From: Escherichia phage glasur
Sequence record: MN850583.1
Reading direction: 5' to 3' (one strand)
Length of the DNA: 42,507 nucleotides
The position numbers and the translations under genes are program-made. The notes below the pieces were generated by a model, which worked only from the letters and a program-made list of their open reading frames with translations, ran no database searches and was not told the origin of the DNA. Within the stretch, counting starts at the first letter, position 1, and each line of letters starts with the position of its first letter. This document shows positions 6,825 through 15,623 of this stretch, one piece after another.

Positions 6825-6970
6825 AGTTGATAAGCTGCAACCAAATAAACCTTTGGCTGTGCGTGATACAAAGTGGGAAGCCGAGAGTAAACTCGAAGAC
6901 CTTCAACGTATTATGCGGAATGTTATTCCAGCTTAGCCATCTACTCATGCCAGTTATTATTTAGCTGGCA

Positions 6971-6993
6971 TTATGAAGGTGACTATATTGGAC
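6971..6993 (+). promoter_or_regulatory. Phage-promoter-like element, variant copy (TTATGAAgGTGACTATAtTGgAc)
   Basis: 19/23 identical to the 20845-20867 element and contains GTGACTATA. Placed directly upstream of the first gene of the replication module. Confidence 0.5.
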
Positions 6994-7007
6994 AACCCGG
7001 AGGAAAT

Positions 7008-7208
7008 ATGTTTCGTGTATTAATGTTATTCGCACTTGTCGTTATATTGTGGGGCGCGTTATGGGTAGGTGTTGCCTATTTCATTCAGCCCTACATTGGC
7101 GAACAGCTTACCTCTGTAATTGGTACGCTGCTGGGCTTTGTTGTTGGCGCAGTTGGTATGACCAAGTGCATTGACATTGGCTGGAGTAAGGGGTGGGTGA
7201 AATGGTAA
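7008..7208 (+). CDS. Small membrane protein (66 aa, two predicted transmembrane helices)
   Basis: ORF track. GGAGG ribosome-binding site. Hydrophobic segments LMLFALVVILWGALWVGVAYFI and VIGTLLGFVVGAVGM. Confidence 0.65.
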   Translation: MFRVLMLFALVVILWGALWVGVAYFIQPYIGEQLTSVIGTLLGFVVGAVGMTKCIDIGWSKGWVKW

Positions 7209-7642
7209 AGCCAAAGTACAAAGTCGGTGATGAAATCGTGGGCGACGATGGCACTGGCACCCGGTCGGGTAAGCTGGGTATCATCGCATGGGTTAACCCT
7301 GACCGCCGAGCGTGGGAGCGCAGCGGGGAGACTCGTTACATCGTGAGCTGGATTGGTGAGCGCCTCAATGCGCAGCCGGATATCAGCCACTACAAATCTG
7401 ATTGGCTGGAGGACAACACCAGTCTGGTCAGCACGCCAGCAGAGAAGCGCGGTCGGTTCATGTGTCTGCTTGAGGGTGGCAGCACGCCGCCGAAGATTGA
7501 GCACATCACTGAACGTGAAGCGCGTGATGAAGCTGAGCGTCTGGCTGAGCGCCACGGTGGTACTGTCCGTGTGCTGCAAGTTGTAGCCAGCGTGAAGATG
7601 AAGAAGAAGATTCAGTACATACCGGACTGGGATAACGAATGA
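7202..7642 (+). CDS. Protein of unknown function (about 147 aa)
   Basis: Track ORF 7193..7642; the ATG at 7202 is preferred over the GTG at 7193. Confidence 0.65.
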   Translation: MVKPKYKVGDEIVGDDGTGTRSGKLGIIAWVNPDRRAWERSGETRYIVSWIGERLNAQPDISHYKSDWLEDNTSLVSTPAEKRGRFMCLLEGGSTPPKIEHITEREARDEAERLAERHGGTVRVLQVVASVKMKKKIQYIPDWDNE

Positions 7643-8349
7643 TGAAATCAGTGAGCAACGACGAGTGGCCGGAGCTGGCGAAGCGTCTGCCTGTAGGACA
7701 AAAGCGAAGGACGTTTCACAGTTGCTCGCGGTCATTCAACAAGACCAACTTCGAGTATGGCCGTGCGCCGGATTACATCTGGTGCAAGTGCCACCGCTGT
7801 GGGTACAGCCAGAAGCGTGACCTGACTCACGCTGTGTATGTGCCGCCAGCCGAGGTGCAGGTGAAGGTGCCGACTGATGTGGTGCCTATCACTGAGGTGA
7901 TTGCCAAGCAACCACGGCTGCTGCTGCCAGTGCTGGAGCGGGAGAACCTGATGCCACACCTGTCACTCCTGACTGCAAGCCCAACGTATGGCAGGCTGTA
8001 TCTGCCGGACGACACGGGCAGCTACTGTGGTCTGGACTACACGGGCAGGCAGTTCATCCCGTGGCGCTCGCCGCATAAGCATAGCTTGGCGATGAAGGTC
8101 AGTCCTCGTGGTGACGCGGAGACTAACTGCCTCTGGATTTATGGTGAGGTGGATGAGTATCTCCAGCAGGTGCGCGATGGTGGCAACTGTGCATTCGTTC
8201 CGAACGTGGATGATGCAACGTTGCAGGCTCTGGTCAGTGTGACGCTGGCGTATGGGTACAACCTCGTGGTCATCTGCCACCACCCAAGCGCCCAACGTAT
8301 CCGCAGGGAGCTGCGTATTGTGGGGCGTGTGCAAATCGTAGGAGAGTGA
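7639..8349 (+). CDS. Putative DNA primase (Cys-rich N-terminal zinc-binding region)
   Basis: Cysteine cluster HSCSRS...CKCHRC near the N-terminus and position immediately upstream of the helicase gene, as in phiKMV-like phages with separate primase and helicase. Assignment is mainly by position. Confidence 0.45.
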   Translation: MMKSVSNDEWPELAKRLPVGQKRRTFHSCSRSFNKTNFEYGRAPDYIWCKCHRCGYSQKRDLTHAVYVPPAEVQVKVPTDVVPITEVIAKQPRLLLPVLERENLMPHLSLLTASPTYGRLYLPDDTGSYCGLDYTGRQFIPWRSPHKHSLAMKVSPRGDAETNCLWIYGEVDEYLQQVRDGGNCAFVPNVDDATLQALVSVTLAYGYNLVVICHHPSAQRIRRELRIVGRVQIVGE

Positions 8350-8350
8350 T

Positions 8351-9616
8351 GTGCTTGACAAGCTGTTGTTAACGGTGATGCGCGAGCGCGGGAAGTTCAA
8401 CTCCCTGCGACACGCCATCCCGGAAGATACGATGAGCCAGACCACGAGCTATATGCTCAAGGCTTACGGCTCATACTTTGATGCGTTCCCGGACAGTGAC
8501 TACATTGACATTGACACGCTGGGTACACACGTTCGTTTAAAGACAGGCAGCACGCCTGAACAGATGGCAGCCTTTGATTCGTTGTGCTCGCAGCTTCGAG
8601 AGTACAAGCCAACGAAGGAACAGAAGGAAGGTGTGCTTGACCAGCTCGTCGAGTTGGATACCGCTGGCCGTGCTAACCTGCTAATGCAGAGGTACGACAA
8701 TGGTGAGGAACTGGATATTATCTATGAGCTGGGCCGTCTTGCTGAGGGCGCACGTCGCAGCCGGGGGCAGTCATCTGTCACTGATTACGTGGACGATGAT
8801 GTGGTTGATATTCTCAACCGGACGGATGATAATCACGGCCTCAAGTTCGGTCTGCTCTGCTTGCAAGACAGCGTTCGCGTACTTCTACCCGGCGACTCCG
8901 TTGCCATCGGTGCTCGACCTGACAGCGGAAAGACTTCCTTCATCGCGTTTAACCTTACGCGAATGGCGGCGACAGCAGCGAAGCTCTATCCGGGCAGGCC
9001 AATCCTCTGGTTCAACAACGAGGGGCAGGGCATCAACATCATCCCGCGCATCTACCAAGCGGCGCTCAACTGCACGCTCCCGGAACTGAAAGAGCTGGGA
9101 GAGGACAGGGCTAAGCTGCACGCTGCGTATGCCAAAGCGCTGGGTGCGCCAGCCAACATCATCCGTGTGAAGGATATGCACGGCGCGTCGCTGGCGAAAG
9201 CTGAGCAGGTTATCGAAGCGATGAACCCATGCGTTGTGGTGTGGGATATGTTGGCGAACTTCAAGCTGTCTGTCTCCGATGCCAACAGCAACAAGGCGTC
9301 GCAGGTTGAGCAGCTATGGCAGGAGGTACGTGAGCTGGCCGTGCGCCACGACTTCGTATCAATGGCCACGGTGCAGGTATCAGCCGATGGCAAGGATGAT
9401 ATGTTCCCTGCGCTGGATGCACTCAAGGATTCCAAGACTGGTATCCAAGGTGCGACTGATGTTATCGTCATGCTCGGCAGCGTGGATGACCCATCGCTGG
9501 CAGCGCGGCGCGGCGTCAGCACTCCGAAGAACAAACGCCAGATTGCTGGGCGTCCATCCAACGTGCGGTCGCAGGTTCACTTCTTTGCTGACCGCTGCCA
9601 ATTTGAGGATATGTAA
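8351..9616 (+). CDS. DnaB-like replicative DNA helicase (T7 gp4 helicase-domain type)
   Basis: Walker A GARPDSGKTSF and Walker-B-like VVVWDM; 421 aa. GTG start with GGAGAG upstream. Confidence 0.75.
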   Translation: MLDKLLLTVMRERGKFNSLRHAIPEDTMSQTTSYMLKAYGSYFDAFPDSDYIDIDTLGTHVRLKTGSTPEQMAAFDSLCSQLREYKPTKEQKEGVLDQLVELDTAGRANLLMQRYDNGEELDIIYELGRLAEGARRSRGQSSVTDYVDDDVVDILNRTDDNHGLKFGLLCLQDSVRVLLPGDSVAIGARPDSGKTSFIAFNLTRMAATAAKLYPGRPILWFNNEGQGINIIPRIYQAALNCTLPELKELGEDRAKLHAAYAKALGAPANIIRVKDMHGASLAKAEQVIEAMNPCVVVWDMLANFKLSVSDANSNKASQVEQLWQEVRELAVRHDFVSMATVQVSADGKDDMFPALDALKDSKTGIQGATDVIVMLGSVDDPSLAARRGVSTPKNKRQIAGRPSNVRSQVHFFADRCQFEDM

Positions 9617-9960
9617 TGAGCGTGATTAAGGTAGGCGACCGAGTTCGTAACTGTGACACCAAGAGCATACACCATGGCGCGACTGGTACTGTGGTTGATA
9701 TCGACAGCAAGTGTATCAGCATCAAGCGTGATGATGGCTCTCGCGGTTCCGGTATCTATGGCTCGTGGACTGCACGGCCTGAGTGCTGGGAGCTGCTGGT
9801 TGAGGTGCCGGAGCCGACGACCACCGATGAGGACTGGAGCTACGCTGAGGCTGAGCGTCTGTATCAGGCAGCGTGTGATGCCATGGCCAAGTACAATCAG
9901 TACGTTGAGCGTAAGCCTACGACCAGCTACCTGCCCGGCAGCAAGCCGAGTAAGTGGTGA
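9616..9960 (+). CDS. Protein of unknown function (114 aa), possible KOW/SH3-like N-terminus
   Basis: ORF track. N-terminal KVGDRVR...GATGTVVDID pattern. Confidence 0.6.
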   Translation: MSVIKVGDRVRNCDTKSIHHGATGTVVDIDSKCISIKRDDGSRGSGIYGSWTARPECWELLVEVPEPTTTDEDWSYAEAERLYQAACDAMAKYNQYVERKPTTSYLPGSKPSKW

Positions 9961-10124
9961 AGGGGCGCAGCTATCGCCGTTGCTCTTGCGGTGGGTGCCT
10001 GCTGGTTGAGCAGGTCAAGGGCAAAGCCACTGGCAAACCGCTGGTGATTTATGAATGTGAGAAGTGTGGAGCGAAGCAGTATGGAAGACAAGGTGTATCG
10101 AGCAGCACCCTTAACCCAGCGTGA
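9957..10124 (+). CDS. Possible zinc-ribbon mini-protein (about 55 aa; CSCGGC ... CEKC)
   Basis: GTG-initiated ORF below the track cutoff with two CxxC-type pairs. Overlaps the next ORF in another frame, so it is uncertain. Confidence 0.3.
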   Translation: MKGRSYRRCSCGGCLLVEQVKGKATGKPLVIYECEKCGAKQYGRQGVSSSTLNPA

Positions 10125-10272
10125 ACAAGACACCATCCGGGCGCAGTACCGGAAGGGTGATGCGTTCCGTGGTGAGGAAGCATTGGGTGAGCGTTACAAC
10201 GTGGCACCCGAAGATATCGTGGCTGTGGTTAACTTCACCTATCGTAAGGGGAAACAGAAGCATGATAAGTAA
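10081..10272 (+). CDS. Small protein of unknown function (63 aa)
   Basis: Internal ATG of track ORF 10051..10272 with GGAG about 10 nt upstream. Confidence 0.45.
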   Translation: MEDKVYRAAPLTQREQDTIRAQYRKGDAFRGEEALGERYNVAPEDIVAVVNFTYRKGKQKHDK

Positions 10273-10945
10273 TGCCGAAGCTAAGCGCGTGTGGGCAGAA
10301 GATATCTGCCGTCTGCTGCAATCCGAAGAACTGAACTTCGTGGTTGCCGGGGGAGGGGCAAGGGATACCGCGCTGGGTGTTGAGCCGAAGGACTACGACA
10401 TTGTAGTCTTTGGTTGGGGTGGTGATGTGAGCCGTGTGGCTGGCCGACTGGACTGGCTGGACTCCAGACTGGAGGACTACGCCAAGCAGAACGAGCTGGC
10501 GTATGAGTACATGCCGAGCTATCACGATGCAGCAGAGGGTGGCGACTTCGGCTCCCGTCTGTGGGGTGTGTATAAGATTGGCCCGGTCGATGTGATTATC
10601 AGTAAGTGCGGGTGCTGGTCGCAGGTACTGAACGAGTTCGACTTCAACCTGAACCAGTTCTACTTCCCGTCCAGCATCCCGCGTTACTCCGGCCAGTACA
10701 GCCGCGACCCCGGCGAGTTCATGGCGTACCCGTATGAGCCGAACCTGACTGCCGAAGATGTGCAGTGGTTCCCGGCGCTGGCCAGTCTGGTAGAAAGCTA
10801 CGATGACCTGCTGACTCTCCGTGTCTGCCGACCGGATGCCAGCCTGAGTCGTGTGGCCTACATGCTGGAGAAGCACGAGAAGTATCTGCCAGCCATTGAA
10901 GCATACGTTAATCGTATGCCCGACCACTTAGGTGGCAAAGCATAG
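10262..10945 (+). CDS. Nucleotidyltransferase with Pol-beta-type head domain of the CCA-adding/poly(A) polymerase class (227 aa)
   Basis: Motif FVVAGGGARDTALGVEPKDYDIVVFG matches the GGxxRDxxLGxxxxDxD signature of class II tRNA nucleotidyltransferases. ATG at 10262 with AAGGGGA upstream, inside track ORF 10121..10945. Confidence 0.6.
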   Translation: MISNAEAKRVWAEDICRLLQSEELNFVVAGGGARDTALGVEPKDYDIVVFGWGGDVSRVAGRLDWLDSRLEDYAKQNELAYEYMPSYHDAAEGGDFGSRLWGVYKIGPVDVIISKCGCWSQVLNEFDFNLNQFYFPSSIPRYSGQYSRDPGEFMAYPYEPNLTAEDVQWFPALASLVESYDDLLTLRVCRPDASLSRVAYMLEKHEKYLPAIEAYVNRMPDHLGGKA

Positions 10946-10955
10946 CGGGGGATTG

Positions 10956-13421
10956 ATGGCTATTCGAGCACAGATTATCGACGTTGAAACTGAGAACCAC
11001 GAGTGGTATGGGGAGCTGGCATCACCTCGCTGCCCTGACAACTACGTGGTGATGCAGGGACAGCGCGACTGTGTGCTGACCAAGGATGGCTGGGAGTTCT
11101 ACAAGCGTGAGGAATATCGGTACGCATCCCGTGAGGATTGGCTGGCGAACAAGAGCCTGCACCTCCACCCGGATACGAACATACTGGTTGCACACAACGC
11201 GCCGTATGAACTGAGCTGGTGGTTCGAGCATTACGGTGATGAGTTCAAGGCGTTCCTCTTACGAGGTGGCCGTGTATTCTGTACCGCGTATGCTGAGTAT
11301 CTGCTGACACACCAGCAATCCCAGTACCCATCCTTGAACGAGACAGCACCGAAGTATGGTGGTACTCACAAGGTGGATGCAGTCAAGGCAATGTGGGAGT
11401 CAGGTTATCTGACCAGCCAGATTGACGCTGAGCTGCTGAGCGAGTATCTGTCCGGGCCGTCCGGGGATATTGAGAACACGACCAAGCTGTTCGTTGGTCA
11501 GTGGGCAGAGCTGACGAAGCAGGGCATGTTGCAGATGGCACTGACCCGCTTCGAAGGTATGCTCATGTGGGCGTACATGATGCACTCCGGTCTACACGTT
11601 GACCGTGAGGTAGCAGAGCGTAACCGCCGTGAGTTGCAGGATTCAATCAGTGGGTTAACCGAGACACTGATGGGCTACCTGCCTGCCGACATGCCAAGTG
11701 AAGCGCGTGAGCAATTCAAGTTCACGTCTGCTTATCACATGAGCGCATTCGTGTTCGGCGGCGTGATGAAGTACAAGGCGCGAGTCGAGCGCCGGGATGG
11801 AGATGGCAATCTCATTTACGTGAAGGTGGATGCACCACTGTTCAAGCGTGGCAAGGACAAGTGGCTCAAGCATACCAGCGAGTGCGAGTGGGATGATGAG
11901 ACTGGGTTGTGGTATGACCCGGTTGAGAAGGTACACCAGACCATCTACTCCAGCGGGAAGAACAAGGGTGCGCCCAAGTTCGAGAAGTTGGCGACCGATG
12001 AGGTGGACACCAAGTGGGGTGAGGTACTGTTCCGGTTGCCCGGTCTGCTGCGTGTGCAGGACAGACGAGCGCGGGAGATTGCCGACAACCTTGAATGGGA
12101 AGACCCGAAGCGTCCGGGTGAATATCTCCGGCGCACTGGTGACTGGGTAGGTAAGCGCAAGCTGGCTGACGGTTCTCCTGTATTCAGTACGGCGGGTGAG
12201 GTGCTGGACATTCTGGCAGCTCGTAAGATTCCCGGCGTCGTGGAGATTGCTGACCGGGCCAAGGCGCAGAAAGACCTCGGCACCTACTACCTCAGCGAGA
12301 CGTTTGATGATGAGGGCAACGTGACTGGCCAGTCGGGGATGATGCAGTTCATCCAGCCGGACAGCATCGTACACCACACCATCAACATGACCGCGACTGA
12401 GACGACGCGATTGTCATCTCAGCGACCGAACAGCCAGAACCTGCCACGTAAAGGTACGAGTAAAGTTAAGCAGATGTTCACCTCTCGCTTTGGCGAAGGT
12501 GGCCGCATCGTTGAGGCTGACTACTCGGCACTGGAAGTGGTGGGGCTGGCCGGGTTCAGTAAGGACAAGAACCTGATTCGTGCATTGCTCGATGGTATCG
12601 ACATGCACTGTATGCGATTGTCTGCTCAACTCAATGAGCCATACGAGGACGTGCTTAAGAAGTGCAAGGATGAATCCCATCCTGACCATGCACGATACAG
12701 TCAGATGCGTACTGACATTAAGCCCAAGGCGTTCTCCTATCAGTATGGTGCAACAGCGCGAGGCATTGCCTACTCGACTGGTTGCTCGGAGGAAGAAGCA
12801 CAGGCGTTCATCGACAACGAGAAGGGTCTGTTCCCGGAAGTTGAAGAATGGTTCGACGCTGTAATCTTCCCCGCCGTTGAGCGTAGTGGACAGAGCAACG
12901 TGTTCAAGGAACAAGATGAGAACGGACGGTGGCAGGTGTATCGCCGTGGTCACTTCCGCTCGCCGGGTGGAACTTGTTATTCATTCCGTCAGTATGAGAA
13001 ATGGAACAAGGCGGCGCGTGCTTATCTGATGGAATACAAACCAACCCAAATGCGTAACTATCCTATTCAGGGTGAGACAGCGTTTTGGGTGCAGGGAATT
13101 GGTGGGCTGCTGTTCCGCTGGCTGCTGGCCAATGACTTCTTTGGTGGGCGTGTGGTTCCCATCAACCAAGTGCATGACGCATTCTATTTCGACGTGGCAC
13201 CTGACTGTCCTCACGAGTTCTTCGTTGGACTCAAGGCAATCATGGAATCCATCCCGGAATATTACAACCACATCTGGCCTGAATATAACCTGACAGTTCC
13301 GTTTCCGGCAGAGGTAGAAGCTGGGCCAAGCATGTACGAAAAGCATCACGTAGAGACGACAGCCGAAGAAGTGCTGGAGTTCAAACGTAACTTCCTGACG
13401 AGTAAGGGTATTAGCATATGA
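10956..13421 (+). CDS. Family A DNA polymerase (T7 gp5-like) with 3'-5' exonuclease domain
   Basis: Exo I motif IIDVETEN, polymerase motif A DYSALEVVG, motif B KAFSYQYGATARG and motif C VHDAFYFD. The ATG at 10956 is preferred; the track's GTG at 10932 is possible. Confidence 0.92.
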   Translation: MAIRAQIIDVETENHEWYGELASPRCPDNYVVMQGQRDCVLTKDGWEFYKREEYRYASREDWLANKSLHLHPDTNILVAHNAPYELSWWFEHYGDEFKAFLLRGGRVFCTAYAEYLLTHQQSQYPSLNETAPKYGGTHKVDAVKAMWESGYLTSQIDAELLSEYLSGPSGDIENTTKLFVGQWAELTKQGMLQMALTRFEGMLMWAYMMHSGLHVDREVAERNRRELQDSISGLTETLMGYLPADMPSEAREQFKFTSAYHMSAFVFGGVMKYKARVERRDGDGNLIYVKVDAPLFKRGKDKWLKHTSECEWDDETGLWYDPVEKVHQTIYSSGKNKGAPKFEKLATDEVDTKWGEVLFRLPGLLRVQDRRAREIADNLEWEDPKRPGEYLRRTGDWVGKRKLADGSPVFSTAGEVLDILAARKIPGVVEIADRAKAQKDLGTYYLSETFDDEGNVTGQSGMMQFIQPDSIVHHTINMTATETTRLSSQRPNSQNLPRKGTSKVKQMFTSRFGEGGRIVEADYSALEVVGLAGFSKDKNLIRALLDGIDMHCMRLSAQLNEPYEDVLKKCKDESHPDHARYSQMRTDIKPKAFSYQYGATARGIAYSTGCSEEEAQAFIDNEKGLFPEVEEWFDAVIFPAVERSGQSNVFKEQDENGRWQVYRRGHFRSPGGTCYSFRQYEKWNKAARAYLMEYKPTQMRNYPIQGETAFWVQGIGGLLFRWLLANDFFGGRVVPINQVHDAFYFDVAPDCPHEFFVGLKAIMESIPEYYNHIWPEYNLTVPFPAEVEAGPSMYEKHHVETTAEEVLEFKRNFLTSKGISI

Positions 13422-14305
13422 CCGCATCAGTATTGAACCGCATGAACTCCATCGTCGAACAGTATGTTGACGAGGAAGAACTTGACTTTAACGAAGCCAC
13501 GTCTGGTGGTGGTAAGCTCCTGCCGGAAGGTAAGGCGCTGGCCCGTCTGGTTGGCTACGTTGAGGTGGGGCCGCACGCCACTAAGCAGGCACCGGACAAA
13601 CCGCCAGTCAACAAGTTCTTCCTCCAGTTCGCACTGTGGGGCAAGGCCAAGAACGGCGAGACTTACCACGAAGTTGTCAATGGTAAGATGGTGCCGGGCA
13701 AAGTTCGCACGCAGTTCATCGCTGTGAAGAAAGACCTGAACAGTAAGTCCGGCGCTTACAAACTGTTCAAGCGCATGAACCCGGACAAGACTGCGAAGCA
13801 CTTCGCGCAGTTGCTGAACCATACCTTCATCGTTCCGATTACCCACAACGAATCTGGTGAGGGTGAGAACAAGAAGGTGTATGCGAACATCGACCTTGAG
13901 AACATCATGCTCGCTGTTGACCCGGTAACTGACCAGCCGTACCCGGTGCCGGAAGTCGAAGACGAGACGCTGTTCAAGCTGTTCCTGTGGAACCGTCCGA
14001 CCAAGGAAGACTGGGAATCGCTGTACATCGACGGCAAGAACGACGATGGCAAATCCAAGAACTGGATTCAGGACAAGCTGCTTGAGTCTCCTGAGTTCCC
14101 CGGCTCACCTCTTGACCTGCTGCTCAATGGCGCTGGCGCTGGCTCTGCCATCGCTGAGCTGCCGGAGCTGGGCGATGTAGGCCAGCCGGAGGAAGTGAAG
14201 GAAGTTAAGCAGGAAGTCGCTGAGCTTCCGGTGAAGGGTGAAGCCGACAGCAAGAAAGAGCCGGACGTGACTGGCGAAGCTGACTTCGGTTTGCCTAGCC
14301 TGTAA
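13418..14305 (+). CDS. Protein of unknown function with acidic low-complexity C-terminus (295 aa); possible ssDNA-binding protein
   Basis: ORF track. Start overlaps the DNA polymerase stop (ATGA). Acidic tail with EADF near the C-terminus is reminiscent of T7 gp2.5; this is speculative. Confidence 0.6.
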   Translation: MTASVLNRMNSIVEQYVDEEELDFNEATSGGGKLLPEGKALARLVGYVEVGPHATKQAPDKPPVNKFFLQFALWGKAKNGETYHEVVNGKMVPGKVRTQFIAVKKDLNSKSGAYKLFKRMNPDKTAKHFAQLLNHTFIVPITHNESGEGENKKVYANIDLENIMLAVDPVTDQPYPVPEVEDETLFKLFLWNRPTKEDWESLYIDGKNDDGKSKNWIQDKLLESPEFPGSPLDLLLNGAGAGSAIAELPELGDVGQPEEVKEVKQEVAELPVKGEADSKKEPDVTGEADFGLPSL

Positions 14306-14341
14306 GACTGGTGGCCACAGGGACGTGGCCGGAGGACAACG

Positions 14342-15316
14342 ATGAGTAGACTTCAACGCTTACTCCACAATGCAGAGGAACTTGATGACCAGTTTGATGG
14401 TTACGTGTCTGGTCGTATCTTGCTGTGCGATGCTGACTCCACGGTCTACGTCGCGGCAGCAACCACGAAGAACATCGAGACAGCGAAGACACGATTCTGT
14501 TCCGGGGTACTGACCGCCAAGTTCCTCGCCAATGCTCAGTCAGTTCGTATCGAGTTGACCGCTGCGGAGTGTACGAAAGCTGGACGGTACAAGCTGCGTG
14601 GGGCCAAGCTGTACCAAGGCAACCGAGACAAAGACCGCAAGCCCGGTCTGGTCGAGCCGTTGCGTAAAGCAATTGGCCGGAACATGTTCAACGTCCCGGA
14701 TGGTGAGGACTGGTACGTCCACCTGAACTTTGAGTTCGAGGCAGACGATACCTTAATCATGGATGCGTGGACGATTGGCATTAATGATGCAGTAATCTAC
14801 AGCGCGGATAAAGACCTGCGTTGTTGGCCGGGCAGATTCCTTGACCCGTATGACAACAAGGTGCTGGAGCCGTGCGTTGGTATTGGCAGGCTGTGGTGGC
14901 ATGAAACGAAAAGCGACAAGTCGCTGGTCGGCCACGGGCCTATCTTCTTTTGGGCACAGATGTTGATGGGCGACACCGCCGACAACATCGCTGGCGTGAA
15001 GAAGGTTGGGAAGCAGACTGCTTATGATATGCTGGTTGATTATCAAGAGATTGATGATGAATCAGTGGTTGCGGAATTGGTGCTGCGTGAATACATGCAG
15101 CGTGACCAGAACCCGTGGCCGGAGGCAGTGGCGCTGTGGCTGTACCGCACGCCGACCTACTCATTCGCAGCCCACTTGAACACGCTGACCTTGAGCAAGG
15201 AGCTGCGTGTCTGGCTGCATAATAAACTGGGTGAGGAATGGTATGCGGAAAGTGACTGGCGCGACTCTGTTGCAGCTACGGAAGAATGCGATGGGTTGCA
15301 ACTGCCCACTCTGTGA
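14342..15316 (+). CDS. 5'-3' exonuclease (FEN/T7 gp6-like)
   Basis: H3TH-type motif GDTADNIAGVKKVG and acidic clusters. Good GGAGGA ribosome-binding site. Confidence 0.85.
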   Translation: MSRLQRLLHNAEELDDQFDGYVSGRILLCDADSTVYVAAATTKNIETAKTRFCSGVLTAKFLANAQSVRIELTAAECTKAGRYKLRGAKLYQGNRDKDRKPGLVEPLRKAIGRNMFNVPDGEDWYVHLNFEFEADDTLIMDAWTIGINDAVIYSADKDLRCWPGRFLDPYDNKVLEPCVGIGRLWWHETKSDKSLVGHGPIFFWAQMLMGDTADNIAGVKKVGKQTAYDMLVDYQEIDDESVVAELVLREYMQRDQNPWPEAVALWLYRTPTYSFAAHLNTLTLSKELRVWLHNKLGEEWYAESDWRDSVAATEECDGLQLPTL

Positions 15317-15623
15317 TGAGCCGATGGTTGACCTCAAGCTCATGGTGGTTGACCACGACCATGTGACTGGGGAGATTCGCGGTGTCATCTGCCGCTGGTG
15401 TAATGCTCAGCTCGGTAAGGTGGAGAACTCTGCCAACCGAGCGAAGCGCCAGCGCACAGTGGATGACTGGTTGGATAGCGCCATCGAGTGGCGACGTAAG
15501 CAGCACACTGGTCTGATGTATCCGACACATAAGACAGAGGCTGAGAAGAAAGCGGCGGCAGCCGATAGACGTAAAAAGGCAGCAGCAGCTAAAGCGCGTG
15601 CCGTAATCACTAAGGGGAAATGA
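15243..15623 (+). CDS. Endonuclease VII-type Holliday junction resolvase
   Basis: CNCPLCDEP...DHDHVTGEIRGVICRWCN zinc-binding catalytic signature of the T4 endonuclease VII family. The ATG at 15243 (GAGGAA upstream) is preferred over the track's GTG at 15207 and overlaps the exonuclease gene end. Confidence 0.7.
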   Translation: MRKVTGATLLQLRKNAMGCNCPLCDEPMVDLKLMVVDHDHVTGEIRGVICRWCNAQLGKVENSANRAKRQRTVDDWLDSAIEWRRKQHTGLMYPTHKTEAEKKAAAADRRKKAAAAKARAVITKGK

